From an uncultured Spartobacteria bacterium (GTDB lineage: Bacteria > Verrucomicrobiota > Verrucomicrobiia > Chthoniobacterales > UBA6821), in assembly GCA_903823215.1 (NCBI GenBank), contig CAIJRY010000252.1:56-64055 (forward strand): 64,000 nt of DNA, given 5' to 3'. Below are positions 36,591 through 44,404 of this stretch, one piece after another (the first letter of the stretch is position 1; every line of letters starts with the position of its first letter). Below the pieces are notes generated by a model. It searched no databases, was not told where the DNA came from, and saw only the letters and a program-made list of their open reading frames with translations. A program made the translations under genes and the position numbers.

Positions 36591-36973
36591 GCGAACCACA
36601 CACTCCCCATATCCTGATCGTTGACGATCAGGAACTCATGTATCGAGTCCTGCAGGCAACCCTCCGACCGCTTGGGGCCAGACTCTCCTGGGTCAAATCA
36701 GGTGCCGAAGCGATCCAGCATATCAAAAGCATAGGAGCTCCCGATGCCTTGGTTTTGGATTTTTCGATGCCGGACATGGATGGAGTTGAGACACTTCGCC
36801 AGATCCGCAAGCTTGATTTTGGGGACTCTATTCCAGTCGTGATGTTGACAGCGCGCGATCAGACGCATATTCGCACGGATGCGGAGGGGTTGCAGATCCA
36901 CTCCTTCATGACCAAACCCTTCAGTCCGAATCTGCTGCTGAGCACGCTCAAACAAATACTCCAGAACCGTTGA
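36587..36973 (+). CDS. Stand-alone CheY-like response-regulator receiver
   Basis: ILIVDDQE, VLDFSMPDMDG (acceptor Asp), VVMLTARD and MTKPF are present. The start overlaps the upstream stop (ATGA). Confidence 0.88.
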   Translation: MSEPHTPHILIVDDQELMYRVLQATLRPLGARLSWVKSGAEAIQHIKSIGAPDALVLDFSMPDMDGVETLRQIRKLDFGDSIPVVMLTARDQTHIRTDAEGLQIHSFMTKPFSPNLLLSTLKQILQNR

Positions 36974-37074
36974 GAACATATAGGGTTCATGGGATTCCTC
37001 ACCCGAGCCTGTAAGAGGTGAATCTCATGCGGGAGGCTTGCCCAAAATCGGTTGGAGGAGCTAGGATTTGATTC

Positions 37075-37407
37075 ATGAACGGCAAGAGCCATCTACACTT
37101 TATTACTCTCTACTTCGTATTGGCGGCACTTCTCTTGCCAGCACTGACTGCACAGCAGGTCAATCCGGATGCTGGATTCGTAGCTCCGCGGCCCACCCGT
37201 CCCAAAGTTGAGACGACCCCGGTAGAGAAACCCGCCCCCTTCGATATCACCGGAATCGTGGCGCAAGCCTTCAATACGAAAAAGCCACTTCAGATGATCA
37301 ATCCTCTTGCACCAGCCAGATACGGTGACGGGAGTGAGAGTGTCAGCTGGGATCCTGACAAACCTGAAAAGCCCAAAGGGATTATCCTGTTCGGCATTCA
37401 GTGGTAA
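37075..37407 (+). CDS. Small secreted hypothetical protein
   Basis: 110 aa with signal peptide ...LLLPALTAQQ and a Pro/Lys-rich mature part. No family recognised. Confidence 0.4.
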   Translation: MNGKSHLHFITLYFVLAALLLPALTAQQVNPDAGFVAPRPTRPKVETTPVEKPAPFDITGIVAQAFNTKKPLQMINPLAPARYGDGSESVSWDPDKPEKPKGIILFGIQW

Positions 37408-37459
37408 TGATGTTCCATTCTGGAAGCGCTGAAGTCTTCGCGCCCCGAGTGCCCCAGCA

Positions 37460-38224
37460 ATGAAAGCATTCGTGATCAATCTGGAGAGCGCGCCGGAGCG
37501 TTGGGTTCATATGCAGCAGGCATTTGTGGGCTCTCCATTTCAAGTGGAGCGCGTTGCCGCGATTTCAGGAAAGTCTCTTCAGTTGCCGATTCCTGAGTTT
37601 GACCAAGAACGCTTCCGTCGATCCCATGGTCGGGGTGTGAATATTTATGAAGTCGCCTGCTACCTGAGTCACATCAAGGCAATCCGTGCATTTTTGGACA
37701 CTTCCGAGACTCATGCCATGATCTGCGAGGATGATCTCCATCCCAAGTCGGACACGGGAACTCTGCTGACAGCACTCATGAAGACCTCCTTCGCCTGGAA
37801 TATTGTCCGGTTGACAGGACTCTCGGGAGGCACTCCATGGAAGGTTGTTTCGCTCAACCGGGGATACTCCCTCAATGTGCAGATGGGGCGGTTGAAAGGA
37901 TGCGGAGCCTACATTTTGGATCGCAAGGCGGCTGAGGTTTTCGTAACAGGGTTGGTCCCGATGTGGCTTCCCTGGGATCATGCTGCTGACCGCGAATGGC
38001 CTCTCGGATTAAAAGCGGTTTCCGTCTCTCCATTTCCCATCTCACAGACGGAGGAAAAATTTACGAGTGATATCCAAGGAAACTCCCAGCCCCGCCTGTC
38101 CACTGCGGAGCGTTGGCGCACAACCTACCCCTACCAAATAGGAAACGAGTTCTCCCGCTGGATGCACCGGGGAGCCTACGCCCTCGGCCTCAAACTCCGA
38201 TTCCTTTGCAGTCGGGATTTGTAA
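37460..38224 (+). CDS. GT25 family glycosyltransferase (LPS/LOS beta-1,4-galactosyltransferase-like)
   Basis: MKAFVINLESAPERWVHM, CYLSHIKA and ICEDDL motifs are characteristic of GT25. Confidence 0.8.
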   Translation: MKAFVINLESAPERWVHMQQAFVGSPFQVERVAAISGKSLQLPIPEFDQERFRRSHGRGVNIYEVACYLSHIKAIRAFLDTSETHAMICEDDLHPKSDTGTLLTALMKTSFAWNIVRLTGLSGGTPWKVVSLNRGYSLNVQMGRLKGCGAYILDRKAAEVFVTGLVPMWLPWDHAADREWPLGLKAVSVSPFPISQTEEKFTSDIQGNSQPRLSTAERWRTTYPYQIGNEFSRWMHRGAYALGLKLRFLCSRDL

Positions 38225-38231
38225 AACAACG

Positions 38232-40034
38232 ATGAACGGATTTTTCAGCCGTTGGGGTGCATGGTGTCTGTTGGGATTCGCTCTCATCTATTACGGGCAG
38301 TATTACCGGGCCGGCCTCTATCCAGCTGCCGAAGGAGGGGTTGAAGGGATGCAGGCCTTGCGCTTATTGGATGGGAAAAGGCCAATCATCGACACATTTT
38401 TGGGATACAACCTGTTTTGGTTTTATCCGATCGTCGCGATTTTCAAGCTGTGCGGGCCGAGCTATACAGCGCTCCGCGTATTTTTCCTCATTCTCTGCAC
38501 GCTGACAGGGCTGATGTCCTTCAGATTGGTGCGGCTCTGTACCGGAAGTGCGGTGGCGGCGTTTCTCGGGGGACTTTTGGTCATAATGATTCCCGGGCAG
38601 ATGTTCAGGAATTACATGGCCTTCATTGTCGTATTGAACATGGCGACATTCTTGTCGGCCTTTTTGTTAAAGCCCCGAGCGCCGTCATCCCGTCTGCTCT
38701 GGATGGCTTGCTGTGGGGGGACGCTTGCCATCGCTTGGCTGATCCGGGTTGATGTCGGATTCTTTCTGAGCTGTGTCTGGCTTGGCTTGATCATCACCTT
38801 TCCAATAGGGCGCAGGGATTTTCTTGTTCATGCCAGAATAGCGGTAATCGGTGCATTGCTTGCATTGCTCTGCTTCCTCGCTGTGCATCTCCCGGTCTAT
38901 TTCGATGCATCAAGGCGTGGCTTTGCTTCAGAGTTCGTGGGCCAATATCAGCAGTGGCCCTCAATGATCGGCTCTCAGGGAAGAAAACTCGTCGATACAA
39001 TCGCTCAATCCACTGCCTTTGTTCGTTATCAACCCAGGCTAGCAAACACTCCGACGACCTCTGTGGAGCCTGTTCCATCCAGCAAGCCAGCCACTGCAAT
39101 GACTGAGACGCAGCCTGCCCATGAGGAGATCAAAGCAAAGCCGGTAAACACACCGCTTGCCCGTCGATCCATTTTTTCCGGATCAGCCCGGGACAAAATG
39201 CTGGCGATCAACATCTACCTTCCGGTCATGGTCGCCATCATGCTCGGATTTGCTTCGGTGGGCAGATGGATCATTGCGCTTGTTCGTAGGGATGATTTCC
39301 TGAGGGATCGCTCATTGATTCTACTGACATCACTCGGATGTTCGCTTGCCCTCTTTCCCCAGTATTTTTTTTGGCGACCAGACATGGTGCATCTCAGCGA
39401 GTTCATGGTGCCGATGACATTGACTAGTATCATAGCGATGACTTATGGACTGACCGCTTGGAGGTATGCAAGCAGGCTGGGACGCTTGGGATTAGGACTG
39501 GGGCTTTTCCTCTCGGCCTTGCTTCTTCTTCTCTACTGTATCAATGCCCTTCAGTCTCAATCGAGCGGTGGTATTGCAGCGGGACTGAACAAGCGACTCG
39601 AGTTCCGTGCTGCCAACGGTGTCGATGTGAAACTGACGCCGGACGAGTTTCGTGACGCCTCGGCAATTTATCGGATCATTACGGCAGTTTCCGCGCCGGA
39701 AGAATATCTGATTTGTTACCCCTACAATCCCGAAATCAACTTCATGACGGACCGCCCGTCGTATGAATACAATTTTTACATCGATAATGTCATGATCTCC
39801 CCCGAGCGGTTTTATAAGGAAGAGGTCGAGAAAATTTCCCGTTATCATCCCACGGCCTTCGTCATCACAGATTGGGAGGTCAATAACACCGAGCAGTCCA
39901 GATTCAGCATCTGGGCGGCTCAGACCTATGACTACATCAGAGTGAATTACAAACTCGCCTACAAACGAGGTAATATCGAAGTGTTTGTTCGCTCCGATAG
40001 GGCAGAGAGAATTCCCAGGGACTTGAGTTTTTAG
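38232..40034 (+). CDS. Large polytopic membrane protein, GT-C/PMT_2-like with a C-terminal soluble domain
   Basis: 600 aa with at least 10 hydrophobic segments and a Pro/Thr-rich internal linker. Function is inferred only from topology and context. Confidence 0.45.
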   Translation: MNGFFSRWGAWCLLGFALIYYGQYYRAGLYPAAEGGVEGMQALRLLDGKRPIIDTFLGYNLFWFYPIVAIFKLCGPSYTALRVFFLILCTLTGLMSFRLVRLCTGSAVAAFLGGLLVIMIPGQMFRNYMAFIVVLNMATFLSAFLLKPRAPSSRLLWMACCGGTLAIAWLIRVDVGFFLSCVWLGLIITFPIGRRDFLVHARIAVIGALLALLCFLAVHLPVYFDASRRGFASEFVGQYQQWPSMIGSQGRKLVDTIAQSTAFVRYQPRLANTPTTSVEPVPSSKPATAMTETQPAHEEIKAKPVNTPLARRSIFSGSARDKMLAINIYLPVMVAIMLGFASVGRWIIALVRRDDFLRDRSLILLTSLGCSLALFPQYFFWRPDMVHLSEFMVPMTLTSIIAMTYGLTAWRYASRLGRLGLGLGLFLSALLLLLYCINALQSQSSGGIAAGLNKRLEFRAANGVDVKLTPDEFRDASAIYRIITAVSAPEEYLICYPYNPEINFMTDRPSYEYNFYIDNVMISPERFYKEEVEKISRYHPTAFVITDWEVNNTEQSRFSIWAAQTYDYIRVNYKLAYKRGNIEVFVRSDRAERIPRDLSF

Positions 40035-41092
40035 CAGATAGTTGCGTTGGGTTGCATCACTTGTTCGGATGAAGAAATGCGCTGACACGCCTCTACTACT
40101 TCATCGACGGAGATTCTGAGCATTCGGTCGTTGTCAGGGAGGCCCTCAGCCACATCGCCTGATTCACCCCGTTTCCTGCCGGCAGGCGCGACCATGATGT
40201 GAGGGCATTTCCATGGACCGAATTGTCCCGCCACACTGTGACCGAAGAGGCTGACAATCGGACATTGCATCGCGGCGGCGAGATGCATCGCTGCTGTATC
40301 CACGCCCACATAATAACGGGCCTTCGAAAAAATCCAGGCCATTTCCCGCCATGATGCACGACCTCCGGTTGTCATGACCCGGTTACCAAAGCCCGTACAT
40401 AACTCCTCCGCCCCGGCGATCTCCCAGGACGACGGCCCGCAGCTTACCAGCACCTGCGGGGTAAATTCCAGAATGCGCTTCAGTACCTCCTTCCACAGGT
40501 CAAGCGGCCATGATTTGCAATGCCAGCGCGTCGCTGCGTGGAGTACGGCGAAGCCTTCTTGCAGCTCCGAGGCCCCTTTCCAGGGAATTGCTGCCGAGGG
40601 GGCGAATCGAAGCGGTGGAATTTCCTCGGGCAATCCAAGCACCTCTCGTGGTGTCATGTAATCCATCTCAACCTGATGGAGCAGGTCGCGGTCTGTCTCC
40701 ACGACATGCGTGAAGCTGCGGCGCCAAGCGGGCTTGAGTAGTTCGACATCACCCGCATGAGTCGCTCTGACGCGGGCCTGCGAGGCGGTAACAAGGGTTC
40801 TTCCTCGATCATTGTCGCCGAGTTCAAAGGCATAGTCGAACGGCGTGCCGATGATTTTTGCAAGAGTTCCCAAATCGCTTACAAACTCGCCCCATGTGCG
40901 TTTCCCTTCTTCGGGACGGGCAGTCGCGAGCACTCGGTCAATTTCGGGACACCCTGCAAGAATCCCCTCGGTACTACGCCTAACAGCAACCCATATTTCG
41001 GCTTTAGGAAATTTCTGCCGTGTCGCCACAATGATGGGCGTGATGAGCAGATTATCGCCGATGTGGCGGAGCTTCGTGAAGAGAATACGCAT
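40031..41092 (-). CDS. GT9 family glycosyltransferase (heptosyltransferase-like)
   Basis: MRILFTKLRHIGDNLLITPII and the C-terminal GVDTAAMHLAAAMQCPIVSLFG block are typical of GT9. Confidence 0.82.
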   Translation of the reverse strand: MRILFTKLRHIGDNLLITPIIVATRQKFPKAEIWVAVRRSTEGILAGCPEIDRVLATARPEEGKRTWGEFVSDLGTLAKIIGTPFDYAFELGDNDRGRTLVTASQARVRATHAGDVELLKPAWRRSFTHVVETDRDLLHQVEMDYMTPREVLGLPEEIPPLRFAPSAAIPWKGASELQEGFAVLHAATRWHCKSWPLDLWKEVLKRILEFTPQVLVSCGPSSWEIAGAEELCTGFGNRVMTTGGRASWREMAWIFSKARYYVGVDTAAMHLAAAMQCPIVSLFGHSVAGQFGPWKCPHIMVAPAGRKRGESGDVAEGLPDNDRMLRISVDEVVEACQRISSSEQVMQPNATIC

Positions 41093-41222
41093 GAGAGTAA
41101 TAACTCACAGGGATAAAGGAGATAAATAAGACGGGGGAAGAAAAAGCCAGATTTTGAAAGTCAGCGAGCAGATCTCGAAGGCCTCCTTCCCTTCTAATGC
41201 ATTCCCTGTATCCGTGAGAACC

Positions 41223-41672
41223 CTACTTTCCACGCACAGGAATTACCGTGACTGGGAGGGTGGACTTTTCGAGAACTGATGTTACCACGCTTCCACTGAA
41301 GAGATGATAGAGTGCCCCATGTCCGTGGGAGCCGAGAACGATCATGTCTGCCCCGGTTGATCCGGCCTGATCCAGAATTTCTTCCGATGGAAGGGCAACG
41401 GAAACGACCGTCTCCACGCTCAGTCCGGCAGCGCGCAGCGGAGCAGCAATGGATTCAAGGCGCTCTTTGACACTCCCCTGATCCGGTGGTTCCATCGGCA
41501 TCGGAGCCGTAATGACATCCATGGCCGCCCCCACGGGTACATAAGCCGCAACGGGTTCAAGAACAGCCAAGAGGATTAGTTTTGCATGAAGGTCGGAAGC
41601 GAGGCGCCCAGCCCCTTCGACAACTTTATGGGTGATCGGGCTCAGGTCAATCGCTGCAAGGATTGTTTTCAT
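41223..41672 (-). CDS. Universal stress protein (UspA family)
   Basis: A 149-aa product from MKTILAAIDLS. It has the ATP-binding tail IVLGSHGHGALYHLFSGSVVTSVL. The 296-aa track ORF is an unlikely N-terminal extension. Confidence 0.8.
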   Translation of the reverse strand: MKTILAAIDLSPITHKVVEGAGRLASDLHAKLILLAVLEPVAAYVPVGAAMDVITAPMPMEPPDQGSVKERLESIAAPLRAAGLSVETVVSVALPSEEILDQAGSTGADMIVLGSHGHGALYHLFSGSVVTSVLEKSTLPVTVIPVRGK

Positions 41673-41738
41673 GACGCCAAGCATGGAATGGAGGAGCTTG
41701 CCTTGCCAGCGAAATGCACCCGCTCCATAGTCAAATTC

Positions 41739-43103
41739 ATGCAGGAATTTTTCGGTGGATTTGGAAAAGCGGAAAAGGGAGGTGATATACTGCTCCCGCC
41801 AGACGCTCCTCTGGCTACACGGATGAGGCCCGTCACCCTGGAGGAATATGTCGGACAGGAACATATTCTGGGTGAAGGGAAACTGCTTCGGCGCGCCATC
41901 GAGGCTGATCGGCTCTCTTCGGTGATCTTTTACGGGCCTCCGGGTACTGGTAAGACAAGTCTGGCGCGTGTCATTGCCGGTCGTACAAAGAGTCGCTTTC
42001 TCGAATTGAGTGGGGTGGAGGGAGGAGTTGCGGATATTAGAAAAGCAATCGCTGAAGCGACGGAAGAGGCGCGCAAAGGTGGCAGGACAATACTTTTCAT
42101 CGATGAGATTCATCGCTTTAACAAAGCACAGCAGGATGCCCTGCTTCCCGATGTCGAACGAGGTACGGTGCGCTTGATCGGGGCGACAACGCAGAACCCT
42201 TATTTTTCCATCAACAGCCCGTTGGTCTCCCGATCCCAGATTTTCCGACTTGAACCATTAACGGTTGAGGATCTTATCCTGCTTCAGCACCGTGCGGTGG
42301 CAGATACCAAGCGAGGGCTTGGCGAGTTGCCGATCATTTTGGATGACGAGGCGGCGCTTCATCTTGCCGTGGTGAGCGACGGCGATGCCCGCAAGTGTCT
42401 CAACGCGCTGGAGATTGCAGCGCGTACGACTCCCTATGATGTCGGGGGACGGATTCAAATTTCATTGGAGGTGGCTGCTGAAAGCATCCAGAAAAAGGCC
42501 GTCGTCTATGATGGAACCGGTGATGATCATTACGATACGATCAGTGCTTTCATCAAAAGTCTGCGTGGCAGCGATCCTGATGCGGCCCTTTATTGGCTGG
42601 CCAAGATGCTTCATGCCGGGGAAGAACTCCGATTCATCACGCGTCGACTGGTGATTTTTGCGAGTGAAGATGTCGGGCTTGCCGATCCGTTGGCCCTTCC
42701 GTTGGCGATTGCCGCTCAGCAGGCGGTTGAATTTGTGGGGTTGCCGGAGGCACGGATCACCCTTGCACATGCCACGGTGTATCTGGCGACCGCCCCCAAG
42801 AGCAACAGTGCCTATGCGGCGCTGGGAAAAGCCGAGGAGGATTTGGAGAAGGGGCGTACCCTTGCTGTGCCGGGTCATTTGCGCTCCACGGGCTATGCCG
42901 GTGCAAAAAAACTTGGCCATGGAGTCGGCTACAAATACGCCCATGATTATGAAGGGGGATATGTGCCCCAGGCATACCTGACCGAAGGGCGCATTTATTA
43001 CACGCCGTTGCGAATTGGTGCGGAGTCACGCATCGCTGACCGTGTCGAGGTGTGGAAAGCGGAGTTTGAATCAACGAGGCAGCAAAAAGGTTCACCGGGC
43101 TAA
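41739..43103 (+). CDS. rarA: Replication-associated recombination protein A (AAA+ ATPase MgsA/RarA)
   Basis: PLATRMRPVTLEEYVGQEHILG, Walker A GPPGTGKTS, Walker B LFIDEIHRFNK, and the C-terminal MgsA_C block YYDTISAFIKSLRGSDPDAALYWL. The start is uncertain (41688 or 41739). Confidence 0.9.
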   Translation: MQEFFGGFGKAEKGGDILLPPDAPLATRMRPVTLEEYVGQEHILGEGKLLRRAIEADRLSSVIFYGPPGTGKTSLARVIAGRTKSRFLELSGVEGGVADIRKAIAEATEEARKGGRTILFIDEIHRFNKAQQDALLPDVERGTVRLIGATTQNPYFSINSPLVSRSQIFRLEPLTVEDLILLQHRAVADTKRGLGELPIILDDEAALHLAVVSDGDARKCLNALEIAARTTPYDVGGRIQISLEVAAESIQKKAVVYDGTGDDHYDTISAFIKSLRGSDPDAALYWLAKMLHAGEELRFITRRLVIFASEDVGLADPLALPLAIAAQQAVEFVGLPEARITLAHATVYLATAPKSNSAYAALGKAEEDLEKGRTLAVPGHLRSTGYAGAKKLGHGVGYKYAHDYEGGYVPQAYLTEGRIYYTPLRIGAESRIADRVEVWKAEFESTRQQKGSPG

Positions 43104-43258
43104 AAAAGATGGGAGAAACTGTAAGGATGCTTCCCCTTTGCATCAGAGAGAGACTTTGACTCCATACGACTGCCCTTCTACCCTTTCCGTCCGCCTAGGA
43201 TCACCCCAAATGCAGCTTTTGGTGCAATGAAGCCGTGTCCATCGGGCGGCTATACCCC

Positions 43259-43325
43259 TTTAACAGCACTCTTTTAACAGCACTCTTTTAACAGCACTCT
43301 TTTAACAGCACTCTTTTAACAGCAT
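43259..43325. repeat. 14-bp tandem repeat TTTAACAGCACTCT x4 plus a partial fifth copy
   Basis: Four perfect copies at 43259-43314 and the partial copy tttaacagcat at 43315-43325. The array ends 18 nt before the ATG at 43343. Confidence 0.95.
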
Positions 43326-43342
43326 TGTTCGACAGAATTTTC

Positions 43343-44356
43343 ATGGCCACTCAACTTACCTACGCAGTCATTACTCCCGCAGCCCTTCGCAAGGGGCGCA
43401 CGGGTGGTATCCTTGCCCGTCTCATTTCGCGCAGCGGGCTCGATCTCACAACAGGGCGTATTTTTGCTCCCTCGAGAGCTCTACTCGAACAGCTTGCAGC
43501 CACTCTCCCGGTACAGAGCAAAACAGCTTCCTATTTAAGATCCCTTCCTCTTGGTGCACAGTCACTTGTGCTCGTGTTTCAGGGTGAAGCTGCTGTGTCG
43601 AAAGTAGCGTCGATTGTTGGGGACGACACCACGATGAATGGTCGTGGTGAAACGCTACGGGATACTTTCGGTGATCTCGTTGAAGAAGGAGGCAAGACAC
43701 TCTATTTCGAGCCGGGAGTGATTGCCCCGGGCTCGCTTCACGAGGCTGAAGCCGGTCTCAAACTCCTCGCTGCTGCATCCGATGCAGAGGGGGGCATCCT
43801 GGATGCCTCGGCTACTTTTCCTGCTGGCACGGTGTTGGAAAAAACCCTGGTGCTTATCAAACCGGACAACTTCGCCTTCCCGAATACCCGCCCCGGCGGT
43901 GTGATCGATCTGCTGACCCGGACCGGTCTAGCATTGGTCGGTTTCAAGCCCTTTCACATGTCCGTGGCACAGGGTGAGGAGTTCTACGGTCCCGTCCTCG
44001 ATTTCTTGGTTAAAAAGCTTCCCGATGGTCGCGAACAATGGGAGTCCATCATCGCATTCATGTCCGGCAAGCGTCCCTCTGACTGTCAACCGGAGGAGAA
44101 GCAGCTTCCCGGAAGTCAGCCCTGCGTGGCCCTGATTTATCAGGGGCCGGATGCGGTTGCCAAAATCCGTGAAGCTCTCGGACCAACAAACCCTTCGCAG
44201 GCACCGCACGGTACGATCCGCAAGGAATTCGGCACCACCATCATGATCAACGGGGCTCACGCCTCCGATTCTGTCGAAAATGTCGCCCGCGAGACCGGTA
44301 TCATCCGACTTGAGGAAAACGATTTCAAAACGAAAATCGCCGCCGCGCTTATCTAA
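43343..44356 (+). CDS. Tandem nucleoside-diphosphate-kinase-like protein (degenerate N-terminal NDK-like domain + C-terminal NDK domain retaining the catalytic His context)
   Basis: The C-domain has TLVLIKPDN, GPTNPSQAPHGTIRKEFG and NGAHASDSVENV. The N-domain has AVITPAAL and GETLRDTFG but lacks the catalytic His. Confidence 0.65.
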   Translation: MATQLTYAVITPAALRKGRTGGILARLISRSGLDLTTGRIFAPSRALLEQLAATLPVQSKTASYLRSLPLGAQSLVLVFQGEAAVSKVASIVGDDTTMNGRGETLRDTFGDLVEEGGKTLYFEPGVIAPGSLHEAEAGLKLLAAASDAEGGILDASATFPAGTVLEKTLVLIKPDNFAFPNTRPGGVIDLLTRTGLALVGFKPFHMSVAQGEEFYGPVLDFLVKKLPDGREQWESIIAFMSGKRPSDCQPEEKQLPGSQPCVALIYQGPDAVAKIREALGPTNPSQAPHGTIRKEFGTTIMINGAHASDSVENVARETGIIRLEENDFKTKIAAALI

Positions 44357-44404
44357 GGAATTCCCTAAACACTCCACACCCAAACCACCAAAAACACCCT
44401 TCCC

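Noticed and set aside
26258-41222. tRNA-Thr-associated integrative genomic island
   Set aside because: There is no integrase, excisionase or transposase ORF. I could not find a direct repeat of the tRNA 3' end at a candidate right boundary. Only the weaker 'recombination scar' observation is kept as a finding.
41673-42113. N-terminal 147-aa extension of the UspA ORF (296-aa version in the ORF track)
   Set aside because: The extension is antisense to the 5' part of rarA and has no Usp-like sequence. MKTILAAIDLS is the canonical Usp start. Similar over-long track ORFs were trimmed for dnaJ (58957-59160), pheA (62522-62782), hsp20 (56769-56969), the STAS gene (61662-61715) and the Wzx chimera (32384-32479).
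43259-43325. Possible CRISPR array
   Set aside because: The repeats are only 14 bp long and directly adjacent with no spacers. No cas genes are in the window. It is a simple tandem repeat.
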